This document shows positions 8,326 to 17,000 of a stretch of DNA of 32,000 bases, one piece after another. Below the pieces are notes generated by a model. The model did not search any database, was not told the DNA's origin, and saw nothing but the letters and a program-made list of their open reading frames with translations. Within the stretch, counting starts at the first letter, position 1; every line of letters starts with the position of its first letter. The translations under genes were made by a program, and so were the position numbers. The DNA is taken from positions 1 through 32,000 of the forward strand of contig JAUQQN010000001.1 of assembly GCA_030549845.1 (NCBI GenBank), in the 5' to 3' direction. Origin of the DNA: Patescibacteria group bacterium (lineage in GTDB: Bacteria; Patescibacteriota; Minisyncoccia; UBA6257; HR35).

Positions 8326-9238
8326 AAGTCAGCCACTTGTAATAATTTTTTAATTCGGCCCTTACTATTTTTTCAAATGTTTCCTTTATTTTTTGAGTTA
8401 TAGGCCCAATTTTGCCTTTGTTTATTAATTTTTTATCAATTTTAAAAATAGGGGTTATTTCAGCGGCAGTACCTGTAAAGAAAGCTTCATCTGCATTTAA
8501 AAGCTCTTTGACCGAAATGTCCTTTTCGAATGTTTTAATACCTAAATCTTTTGCTATTTTAATAACACTATCTCTTGTGATTCCTAATAGAATCGATCCT
8601 GGTTTTGGAGTATAGAGTGTATTCTTTTTTACTATAAAAATGTTTTCTCCTGGACCTTCTGCAACATATCCTCTAAAGTCTAACAATATTGCTTCATCAT
8701 ATTTTTTCTTTTTAGCCTCCATAGTTGCAAAAATAGAATTTACATAATAACCTGAAACCTTAGCAGTAGATATTACAGATTGAGGATGAAGCCTTATGAA
8801 ATCTGATACAATTACCTTAACTTTTTCTTTTAAATATTTACCCCATGGCCATACAGCAATAGCAATATTTAATTCTGCACCTTCAGGATTTAGACCCATC
8901 TTCCCGTAACCATAAAAAACTATAGGTCTTATATAACCTTGATTTATTTTGTTTATTTTTACTAATTTTATTATTGCATTTTTAATATCTTTTTTAGAAA
9001 ACGGTATTCTCATTGAAAAAACTTTAGCAGAGTTAAAAAGTCTTTCTATATGTTCATTTAATCTAAATATAGCTGGCCCTTTTATAGTATTATATAACCT
9101 TATTCCTTCAAAAACTGCTGACCCATAATGCAAGGCATGAGAAAGAACATGAATCTTTGCTTGCTGCCATTTTACAAACTTGCCATTTAACCAAATGTAT
9201 TTTGTTTTTTCCATTTTATTTTTAAAATTATAAAACAA
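8315..9238 (-). CDS. ilvE: branched-chain amino acid aminotransferase (class IV)
   Basis: YIWLNGKFVKWQQAKIHVLSHALHYGSAVFEGIR, GYIRP, AKVSGYYVNS, EGPGENIF, LLGITRD and FFTGTAAEITP align along the whole length with IlvE. 9238 is a TTG; the ATG at 9214 (MEKTKYIW) is the more likely start. Confidence 0.85.
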   Translation of the reverse strand: MFYNFKNKMEKTKYIWLNGKFVKWQQAKIHVLSHALHYGSAVFEGIRLYNTIKGPAIFRLNEHIERLFNSAKVFSMRIPFSKKDIKNAIIKLVKINKINQGYIRPIVFYGYGKMGLNPEGAELNIAIAVWPWGKYLKEKVKVIVSDFIRLHPQSVISTAKVSGYYVNSIFATMEAKKKKYDEAILLDFRGYVAEGPGENIFIVKKNTLYTPKPGSILLGITRDSVIKIAKDLGIKTFEKDISVKELLNADEAFFTGTAAEITPIFKIDKKLINKGKIGPITQKIKETFEKIVRAELKNYYKWLTFVK

Positions 9239-9262
9239 ATTTAATAAATATTTGTTAAAATT

Positions 9263-9913
9263 TTGGAAATAAAAATGATATCATGCATAATACCTGCCTA
9301 TAATGAAGAAAAATTTATAAAAGATGTAATAGAAACTTTAAAAAAATGCGAATTTATAGATGAAATAATAGTAGTTTCAGATGGTTCAACAGATAATACG
9401 GCTTTAATAGCAGAGAGTTTAAATGTGAATAAGGTAATACAATTAGAAAAAAACATAGGAAAGGCAGGAGCAATTTTTGAAGGCTTAAAATATGCAAAAG
9501 GAGATATCGTAATTTTAGTTGATGCTGATCTTAGAGGGTTGACAGAAAAAAATTTGTACCAACTTGTAAAACCTATTTTAGAAAATACAGCAGACATGAC
9601 AATAGGTTCAGGAATTCCTTTTGTCATGAATAAGTTTTCAGGCTTAAGAGCATTAAGAAAATGGTTTTTAGAAAAAATTTCAAAAGATTTCCCAGATTAT
9701 TTTAAGTCTCTTGAATACAACATAGAAAATGAGTTAAATACCCAAGCTAAAATTTTAGGTTTAAGGGTAAAGTATATAAAAATGGAAGGAGTGCGAAATG
9801 TTCACAAAATAAAAAAATATGGTTTAAAAGAAGGATTAAAAAGAACTTTAAAAATGTATTTACAATTAGCCTTATATCCTAAAAAAATTAGAAAAAGAAA
9901 TGGCGGTAGTTAA
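9263..9913 (+). CDS. family 2 glycosyltransferase
   Basis: IIPAYNEE, VVSDGSTDNT and LVDADL (DxD) motifs. TTG at 9263; the ATG at 9275 (MISCIIPAYNEE) is the likely true start. Confidence 0.75.
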   Translation: MEIKMISCIIPAYNEEKFIKDVIETLKKCEFIDEIIVVSDGSTDNTALIAESLNVNKVIQLEKNIGKAGAIFEGLKYAKGDIVILVDADLRGLTEKNLYQLVKPILENTADMTIGSGIPFVMNKFSGLRALRKWFLEKISKDFPDYFKSLEYNIENELNTQAKILGLRVKYIKMEGVRNVHKIKKYGLKEGLKRTLKMYLQLALYPKKIRKRNGGS

Positions 9914-9917
9914 AATT

Positions 9918-11843
9918 TTATTTGATAGTTTGAAGAATATCTAAAATCTGAGGATCCAAGCTTAAATTATAGGCAGTTTGAATTATTTGTTTAGCCAAAT
10001 TTTTATTTCCTATATTTAAATACACTAAGCCAAGATTCAAATAATGAGTATGATTTGTTGGGTCTAATTCTATTGCTTTTTTATAATTATCAACCACTAA
10101 GGTTAACACTTGTTGATTATTTAAGCCAAGATTTTGGTATATGCTTGCTAAGTTAGAGTAATTTAAGGGCTCTTTAGGATTTAAAAGAATAGCTGTATTT
10201 GCAGAATTTATAGCATTTGACAACGAATTCAAAATAAATTGTTGAGTTTGGGGTGATGTAGTGGCAAGATTTTGTATACTTTGATTAAGTTTTTGCATCA
10301 TTAAAAAGCTTAAATCTCTATAATACAAATCTGTAGTTGGGTCTATGGTTATTGAAATAACTAAATTATTAATAGCTAAGTCTAAATTATTATTTTGAAA
10401 ACTTAGTATACCCTTTGCATAGTATACATTGGCTATATATTTCAAAGAAATAGAATATAAAAAGTAAATTATTGTTACAATTAAAAGAACCCATATAATA
10501 AATGAGGTGATTTTTGTAAATTTATTTTTGTCAATTTCTAACTTTAATGAATCTTCTTTCGAAATTGATGTTATCATACCTAAAAGGAAAAACATATAAA
10601 TTCCATTTACTAAGCCTAATGGATAATATAAGGTGCTTAATGCTAGAATCAAACCTAAAGGGTAAAAGAGTTTTACTTCGATTAAGTTTATGTTTTGAAT
10701 ATTGAGCAACAAAAGGTAAAGCAGAAAGAAAAGAAAGGTAATAAAAGTTAAAAATCCTGTTTCACAAAGAAGTGTGAAAAGAAAATTGTAACCTTGCTCA
10801 AATCTCAATAAAGGTTGATATGGAAGTTGAGGTTTGTATTTAAGCCAGTTGTACAAAAAAGTATTTGGCCCAGTGCCTAATAAAAGATTTTTAATACTTT
10901 CATTAAGAGATCTAAAGGTTATCTGAAGAGTGACATTTAGGTTTGGCCTTGACTCTAAAATAGGTTGTGTTTTAAAAATATTATTCAAAAATATGCTCAA
11001 ATATGATGAGAAGAAGTATAAAATTATAAATATTGTCAAAATGGTTAGCCAATAAAAAGATTCTTTATCCAAAGGCTTAAAATGGAAGTGTTTATAGGCA
11101 AGTAAGGCAAGTATTATTAAGGAAAGAAGAAGCCATATTTGATTGAAATTTATAATTGTCATTAAAAACATACTAATCAACAAATTGATTATAGATAAAA
11201 CAGTAATAAAATAAAACAGTTTTTTATTCTCTATTATTTCATGTAGAGATTTTAAATTAAGTAATATTAAAAGAGAGAAAAATAAACCTAACGAGATAAA
11301 TATCACTAAATCAGAGATGCTTCCAATAAAGAAAATCCCAACGATGGTAAGTGGTTTTTGAAAAATAACAAAAAGAGTGAAAATGTTTGAAATAAAAAAT
11401 ATAACAGGAAAAATAAACAATAAAATTTTAATGTCTTCTTTTTGTAAAAGATAAATAGAAATCAGAAAGGTCAAAAAATATAAAATATATGCAAGAAAAG
11501 AATGGGATGAAGATAATAAACCATACAAAGAATAATATTTAGCTTGGGATAAAAATGAGCTCGTTAGAGTAAGAATTAAAAATAAAAGAAAAATCAAAAT
11601 AAATATCCATGCTTTTATTTTTATCTCTTTATTTATTAAGATGTTATTAAGTGTGGATAAAAATATTAATCCGAGAAGTATAGCCAGTAAAAATGTTTTA
11701 TTAATTAGAACAAAATTGGAAGTATTAGTTAAAAAGAAAAATGGCAAAATAAAGATTGTTAATATTAATAAATATTTAGCAAGAAAATAAAAAACATTTT
11801 GGTAAGAAATTCCTTGGATTTTTAAAATTTTTAATGCTTTCAT
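9918..11843 (-). CDS. polytopic membrane protein with C-terminal TPR repeats (O-antigen ligase/Wzy-like architecture)
   Basis: 641 aa with more than 10 hydrophobic segments over about 460 aa. TPR-like repeats follow (AILLNPKEPLNYSNLASIYQNLG, AIELDPTNHTHYLNLGLVYLNIGN). The ligase assignment rests on architecture only. Confidence 0.6.
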   Translation of the reverse strand: MKALKILKIQGISYQNVFYFLAKYLLILTIFILPFFFLTNTSNFVLINKTFLLAILLGLIFLSTLNNILINKEIKIKAWIFILIFLLFLILTLTSSFLSQAKYYSLYGLLSSSHSFLAYILYFLTFLISIYLLQKEDIKILLFIFPVIFFISNIFTLFVIFQKPLTIVGIFFIGSISDLVIFISLGLFFSLLILLNLKSLHEIIENKKLFYFITVLSIINLLISMFLMTIINFNQIWLLLSLIILALLAYKHFHFKPLDKESFYWLTILTIFIILYFFSSYLSIFLNNIFKTQPILESRPNLNVTLQITFRSLNESIKNLLLGTGPNTFLYNWLKYKPQLPYQPLLRFEQGYNFLFTLLCETGFLTFITFLFFLLYLLLLNIQNINLIEVKLFYPLGLILALSTLYYPLGLVNGIYMFFLLGMITSISKEDSLKLEIDKNKFTKITSFIIWVLLIVTIIYFLYSISLKYIANVYYAKGILSFQNNNLDLAINNLVISITIDPTTDLYYRDLSFLMMQKLNQSIQNLATTSPQTQQFILNSLSNAINSANTAILLNPKEPLNYSNLASIYQNLGLNNQQVLTLVVDNYKKAIELDPTNHTHYLNLGLVYLNIGNKNLAKQIIQTAYNLSLDPQILDILQTIK

Positions 11844-11861
11844 GGTTTGATAAAAATTATA

Positions 11862-12572
11862 TCAAATTAAAATGTTATCTGCTATAAATTGTGGATATGT
11901 TTTATGAAAGCTATGTCCCCCTTGAGGACAAATTATTAATTTTGAATTTTTAATCAATTTATTGATTATATAAGCATTTTTTAGAGGTGTGATTTTGTCT
12001 TTTTTACCCCAAATTAATATCGTTTCTGTTTTTATTTCAGGCAAAATAGGAGTTAAATCTTCAGAAATTACATTTTGCATTGTTTTTTGCATAATAGGGG
12101 GAAGTTTTAAGTAATCAGTAGAACCAGTAAAAATTTTATAAAAAACCTTTTTGCAAAAAGGTGAAAGAGTAAAAAGAGTTTTTCCTAAGGGTTTAAATAT
12201 ACTAAGTATTTTTTGTATTAATGATTTTTTCCTAACACAAGCTCCATTGTATATTATTAATTTTTCCACTTTTTCTGGATAAAGATAAGTAAATTTACAA
12301 GCTATCTGCCCGCCGAATGAATGCCCCATTAAATAAAATTTATCTATTCCCTTCTCTTCTAGGTATTTTTTCACATACTCTACATAATCATCTAAAGTAA
12401 ATGGCCTTTCAAGCTCTTTATTACTACTAAATCCTGGCAAAATAATAAATTCAACATCAAATTTTTCTTTTAAGCAGTTAACTAATTCTTTATAAAAATC
12501 AAAAATATTTTCTTCTCTATTAATAATATATTTATTTATCCATCCATGCAAAAAAACCAACTTCTTTTTCAT
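11862..12572 (-). CDS. alpha/beta-fold hydrolase
   Basis: FLHGW oxyanion region, nucleophile elbow GHSFGG and C-terminal GGHSFH. 236 aa, with AAGG 6-7 nt upstream of the ATG. Confidence 0.75.
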   Translation of the reverse strand: MKKKLVFLHGWINKYIINREENIFDFYKELVNCLKEKFDVEFIILPGFSSNKELERPFTLDDYVEYVKKYLEEKGIDKFYLMGHSFGGQIACKFTYLYPEKVEKLIIYNGACVRKKSLIQKILSIFKPLGKTLFTLSPFCKKVFYKIFTGSTDYLKLPPIMQKTMQNVISEDLTPILPEIKTETILIWGKKDKITPLKNAYIINKLIKNSKLIICPQGGHSFHKTYPQFIADNILI

Positions 12573-12585
12573 CTTACCTTAATTG

Positions 12586-12615
12586 AACAAATAATTCCGT
12601 ACGGAACTATTTGTT
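12586..12615. repeat. 30-bp near-palindrome, copy A (AACAAATAATTCCGTACGGAACTATTTGTT)
   Basis: Read directly. Arms of 13 bp around CCGTACGG with one A/C mismatch. It lies 10 nt downstream of the regulator stop (12626) and 13 nt upstream of the hydrolase ATG (12572). It is the exact reverse complement of copy B. Confidence 0.9.
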
Positions 12616-12625
12616 TAATTATGAT

Positions 12626-13312
12626 TTACTCATGGGGTTTAATTTTATTTAAATGGAATTTGTATTTTAAAACTTCTTCTCCTTCTATTACTTTCGCTTT
12701 AATATATATTATATTTTCATATACACCTAAAACAGCACTTAAAAAATCAATTTCTTTTTTAATATCAAAAGGATAAACATATACACTTTTTTGTAATCTA
12801 TATAACCCCAAATTTTTTAACCACTTAGAAAATAATTTACGAAAAATTTCTTTTTTATTTGGAATATCAAAAATAACAATCCTCCAATAACCATCCCATT
12901 CTTTATATTTTGGCAATTTTAATAATGAAAGGCTGTATTTTAATATATATTTTTTACCCTCATCATTTATTGTGATAAAATGTTCTTCTCCTTTTTTTGT
13001 TATTCTAATCAATTTTCTTTTTTTCAATTTTTCTATACTATATATAAAATTTTTGGGTGTGGTATTAAACTTTTTGCTTATTTTTTTCAAAAATGGATAT
13101 AAACCTGAAGGCAAATTTGGAAAAAGAAAAGCTGCAGTAATTACTCCCCCTAAAGCTAGGAAGATTAATATATCTCTCATTAGTTCATTTCTTTTTCTTC
13201 TTATCGGAGTATTTTGATAATCTTTATCTACAATATTTTTTTCTTTCAAAGACTTTTTTAAATATAAATAAGCTAATTTTTCTATATCTTGAATATTCTT
13301 ACCCTTTTTCAT
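12626..13312 (-). CDS. PaaX-family-like regulator with predicted membrane anchor and Cas2-like C-terminal domain
   Basis: Hydrophobic helix ILIFLALGGVITAAFLF (aa ~48-64), a winged-helix-like middle (IYSIEKLKKRKLIRITKKGEEHFITINDEGKKYI), and C-terminal WDGYWRIVIFDIPNKK...LQKSVYVYP, typical of PaaX C-terminal/Cas2-fold domains. Confidence 0.65.
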   Translation of the reverse strand: MKKGKNIQDIEKLAYLYLKKSLKEKNIVDKDYQNTPIRRKRNELMRDILIFLALGGVITAAFLFPNLPSGLYPFLKKISKKFNTTPKNFIYSIEKLKKRKLIRITKKGEEHFITINDEGKKYILKYSLSLLKLPKYKEWDGYWRIVIFDIPNKKEIFRKLFSKWLKNLGLYRLQKSVYVYPFDIKKEIDFLSAVLGVYENIIYIKAKVIEGEEVLKYKFHLNKIKPHE

Positions 13313-13360
13313 CCTAAATGGTAAAATTATAAAATAAAAAATTAAAAAATAAATTAATTT

Positions 13361-13390
13361 AACAAATAGTTCCGTACGGAATTATTTGTT
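13361..13390. repeat. 30-bp near-palindrome, copy B (AACAAATAGTTCCGTACGGAATTATTTGTT)
   Basis: Exact reverse complement of copy A (30/30). It lies 48 nt upstream of the regulator ATG (13312) and 20 nt upstream of the recG ATG (13411). Confidence 0.9.
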
Positions 13391-13410
13391 TTATAAAAGA
13401 AGGAAGAAAA

Positions 13411-15498
13411 ATGGAATTGGAAGATTTGGAAATTCCTTTAACTGAGTTTAAGGGAATAGGAGTAAAAACTGCAGAAAAATTTAGAAAGAACAAGATCTTG
13501 ACAATTAAAGATCTATTATATTTTTTTCCTTATAGATATGATGACTTAAGGAATGTTGTAAAAATTAAAGAAGCTAAAATTAACGAATATTGCGTAATAG
13601 TTGGACAGATTAAAAATATAAAAGTTTTCCCTACTCCTAAAAAGAAGATGATATTGATCCAAGGAATTATTGAAGACGAAACAGGTTCATTAAAAGTTAT
13701 TTGGTATAATCAAACTTATATTGCAAAACTCTTAAGCGGTGCTCCGTATGTTATGCTTTATGGGAAGGTTATAAAAAATAAATATGGTTTACATCTTTCT
13801 AATCCAGATTTCAAAATTTTAGAAAGAGGTGTAAAGTTTAAGGGAGAAATAATTCCTGTATACAGAGAAATAAGCGAAATACCTTCTGGTTTCATAAGAA
13901 GGATAATTTTAGAAATTTTTAAAAAATTTCCTATAAACAAGCTACAAGATCCGATTCCAGAATTGATAAGAATAAAAGCAAATATTCCAGAAATTTCAAA
14001 AGCTTTAATTGCTATTCATAAGCCTACAAATTTGGAAGAGATTGAAAAAAGCAGAAGAAGATTTTTGTTTGAAGAAATTTTCTATGTCCAATTAAAAATC
14101 AATCAAGAAAAAATCATGCTTAAATTAGAAAAATCTCCCTCTATAAATTATGATCCTAATTTAATCGAGGACTTTCTTCAAAAAATAAACATAACCCTAA
14201 CTAATGCCCAAAAGGAGGTTTTTAATGAAATTTTAAATGACCTCAATAAGCCTTATCCTATGAATAGATTGATACAAGGAGAAACGGGGGCTGGTAAAAC
14301 TTTAATTGCGGAATTAATTACTTTACTAACTGTAAATAGCGGATATATGGTAATTTTTATGGCTCCTACTGAAATATTAGCTAACCAACATTTCCACCGA
14401 TTTTTAAATGATTTTTCTTATTATGATTATGGCATAGGTTTATTAATAAAAAATTCAGGATATTATGGAATTCATGGTTTTAAAGTAAGAAAAAATAAAG
14501 AAGATATAATCAGACTAATTTTGAGCAAAAAAATAAATATTTTAATTGGAACACATGCTTTAATCGAAAGTCCTATTCCCTACCCTAACGTAGGTCTTGT
14601 AATTATTGATGAACAACAAAGATTTGGGGTTAATCAAAGAAAAAAATTGTTAGAAAAATCATCTCAAGATTATTTGCCTCATTTTATATCAATGACAGCA
14701 ACACCTATTCCAAGAACTTTATATTTGGCATTTTATGGGGATTTAGATCTTTCTATATTAAAAGAAAAACCACCCGGGAGGAAAGATGTTAAAACTTATG
14801 TAGTGGATAAAGAAAACATAAATGAAGTTTGGAATTTTGCAAGAAAAGAAGTTGAGAAAGGTCATCAGGTTTTTGTCATTTGTCCAAGAATAGAAAAAAG
14901 TGATACTGGTAAATATGAAATTAGAACAGTTAAAGAAGAATATGAGAAAATAATAAAATTGTTTCCTGATTATAATGTAGCAATGCTTCACGGTAAAATG
15001 AATAGCCTAGAAAAAGAAATGATAATGAAAAAAATGCAAAATGGAGAAGTTCAGATTTTAGTAGCTTCATCTGTAGTAGAAGTAGGAATTGATTTACCTT
15101 TAGCTACAGTTATAATAATAGAAGGAGCAGAAAGATTTGGACTATCTCAATTACATCAACTTAGAGGAAGGGTTGGAAGATCTATTCATGAAAGCTATTG
15201 TTTTCTAATTCCGGAAGTTTATACTCCTCTTTCTTATAAGAGATTAAAAATTCTAGAAGAATCACAAGATGCTTTTTACATCGCAGAAAAAGATCTAGAA
15301 ATAAGAGGACCTGGGGAACTTTTGGGTGAAAAACAATCTGGAATTCCAGATTTGGCCATGGAAGCTCTTTCAAATATAGAAATAGTCAATTTAGCTCAAA
15401 AATTAGCAGAAGAACTCATTTCACAAAATCCTAAACTTGAAGGTTATCCACTTTTACGAAGAGAAATTGAGAAAAGGAAAGAATTTGTCATAAGTTAA
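13411..15498 (+). CDS. recG: ATP-dependent DNA helicase RecG
   Basis: N-terminal wedge/OB region, Walker A GETGAGKT, DEQQRFG, TATPIPRT, QLHQLRGRVGR, and the C-terminal GPGELLGEKQSG motif. Confidence 0.9.
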   Translation: MELEDLEIPLTEFKGIGVKTAEKFRKNKILTIKDLLYFFPYRYDDLRNVVKIKEAKINEYCVIVGQIKNIKVFPTPKKKMILIQGIIEDETGSLKVIWYNQTYIAKLLSGAPYVMLYGKVIKNKYGLHLSNPDFKILERGVKFKGEIIPVYREISEIPSGFIRRIILEIFKKFPINKLQDPIPELIRIKANIPEISKALIAIHKPTNLEEIEKSRRRFLFEEIFYVQLKINQEKIMLKLEKSPSINYDPNLIEDFLQKINITLTNAQKEVFNEILNDLNKPYPMNRLIQGETGAGKTLIAELITLLTVNSGYMVIFMAPTEILANQHFHRFLNDFSYYDYGIGLLIKNSGYYGIHGFKVRKNKEDIIRLILSKKINILIGTHALIESPIPYPNVGLVIIDEQQRFGVNQRKKLLEKSSQDYLPHFISMTATPIPRTLYLAFYGDLDLSILKEKPPGRKDVKTYVVDKENINEVWNFARKEVEKGHQVFVICPRIEKSDTGKYEIRTVKEEYEKIIKLFPDYNVAMLHGKMNSLEKEMIMKKMQNGEVQILVASSVVEVGIDLPLATVIIIEGAERFGLSQLHQLRGRVGRSIHESYCFLIPEVYTPLSYKRLKILEESQDAFYIAEKDLEIRGPGELLGEKQSGIPDLAMEALSNIEIVNLAQKLAEELISQNPKLEGYPLLRREIEKRKEFVIS

Positions 15499-15510
15499 AA
15501 TTAAATTAAT

Positions 15511-16140
15511 ATGCTTTTTAGATCAAACAAAGAATTAGTAGATTATTTAATAAATACAGGGGTTTTAAGGACTGAAAAAATTATTCAAGCTTTCTTAAAT
15601 ATTGATAGGAAAAATTTTGTAAGAGAAGAAAACTTATTTGAAGCCTACGGTGATTATCCTCTTTATATTGGAGAAGGACAAACAATTTCTCAACCATGGA
15701 CCGTTGCTTTTATGTTGGAATTACTCAATCCACAAGAGGGACAAAAAATCTTAGATGTAGGATTTGGATCTGGTTGGACTACTTCTTTGCTTGCCTATAT
15801 AGTTGGTGAGAATGGAAAAGTTTATGGAATTGAGATATTGCCTTCTATATTTGAATTTGGAAAGAATAATATTTCAAAATATAACTTTTTAGAAAAAGGC
15901 AGGGTTGAATTAAAATTAGGAGATGGATCCAAAGGTTGGAAGGAACATTCTCCTTTTGACAGAATTTTAGTGAGTGCTGCAGCAAAAGAAATTCCTCCAA
16001 AACTAATAGAGCAATTAGGAAATAATGGAATTTTAGTAATCCCTGATAGAAATGGAATATGGCAGATTGTTAAAAAAGATAGCGAATTAGAAAAAAATTA
16101 TTTTCCAGGCTTTGCTTTTGTGCCATTAGTAGAAGAGTAA
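15511..16140 (+). CDS. pcm: protein-L-isoaspartate O-methyltransferase
   Basis: GQTISQPWTVAFMLELL and the SAM-binding motif ILDVGFGSGW; 209 aa. Confidence 0.85.
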   Translation: MLFRSNKELVDYLINTGVLRTEKIIQAFLNIDRKNFVREENLFEAYGDYPLYIGEGQTISQPWTVAFMLELLNPQEGQKILDVGFGSGWTTSLLAYIVGENGKVYGIEILPSIFEFGKNNISKYNFLEKGRVELKLGDGSKGWKEHSPFDRILVSAAAKEIPPKLIEQLGNNGILVIPDRNGIWQIVKKDSELEKNYFPGFAFVPLVEE

Positions 16141-16163
16141 CTAGTTTGTACGCGATAAAATTC

Positions 16164-16652
16164 CTAACTTCTCCTAATTTTCTTTCTTAGAGCTTTTTTC
16201 AAGCTCTTAATTTTCTTTTCTTTTATTCTCTCTTCCTTTGCCTCTTTGCTCTCTTTAGATTCAAAAATTCGAGGTTTGGGAAAAAGTTTTTCAATAATTT
16301 TATATATCTTTTCAAGTAATCTTTCAGTGGCTAATTTTTTATTTTTTAATTGGCTTCTTTCGTCTTCAGAAATTGCTTCAATAAATTTGCCTAATTCTTT
16401 TATTTTTAATTTTTGATTAACACTTATTGGAAGCTCTAAATCTCTTTCTAATATGTTAATAAAATCATTTATAGAAATCTTTGCCCTAACTTTCGATTTT
16501 GTTGTATGCAGATACTGGCCACCATGCTTTGAGGCTGTCATAAATTCATAATTTATATACTTTTCAAAAAACTTAGAAATTTTCTTTTTCTCATTTAAAA
16601 GAGAATTTACTTTCTCATGTAATTGTTCTTTTTCGTAATAATCAAGGGGCAT
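16164..16652 (-). CDS. hypothetical protein with Lys-rich C-terminal tail
   Basis: 162-aa ATG ORF filling the gap between pcm and gatC. No family recognised. Confidence 0.5.
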   Translation of the reverse strand: MPLDYYEKEQLHEKVNSLLNEKKKISKFFEKYINYEFMTASKHGGQYLHTTKSKVRAKISINDFINILERDLELPISVNQKLKIKELGKFIEAISEDERSQLKNKKLATERLLEKIYKIIEKLFPKPRIFESKESKEAKEERIKEKKIKSLKKALRKKIRRS

Positions 16653-16704
16653 AATTTTTTAATTTTTTTTATTAATTTCGACTTGCTTTTATAATTATAT
16701 AATA

Positions 16705-16998
16705 ATGCTAACAAAAGAAGAATTAGAACATTTAGCAAAATTAGCAAAGATTGAATTTAAAGAAAAAGAGTTAGAAAAAATTTTGGAAGATATTGAAAAA
16801 ATTTTTGGCTATGTAAATGAAATCCACAAATTAGATTTAGAAAATTATGAACCAATGATAGGAGGACCTATTCAAACATTAGGATTAAGAGAAGATATTA
16901 AAGAGGTGTGCGATTTAGAAATTAAAGAACTGATCATCAATCAATTTCCAGAAAAAGAGAAAAATTTCTTAAAAGTTCCTAAAATAATTGAAAAATAA
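16705..16998 (+). CDS. gatC: Asp/Glu-tRNA amidotransferase subunit C
   Basis: 97 aa. LTKEELEHLAKLAKIEFKEKELEKI...IFGYVNEI..LD is the typical GatC pattern. Confidence 0.8.
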   Translation: MLTKEELEHLAKLAKIEFKEKELEKILEDIEKIFGYVNEIHKLDLENYEPMIGGPIQTLGLREDIKEVCDLEIKELIINQFPEKEKNFLKVPKIIEK

Positions 16999-17000
16999 AT

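Noticed and set aside
12546-13217. Plus-strand ORFs 12546-12776 and 12972-13217 overlapping the PaaX-like gene
   Set aside because: These are antisense shadows of a motif-bearing minus-strand CDS, with hydrophobic low-complexity translations typical of reverse frames in AT-rich genes.
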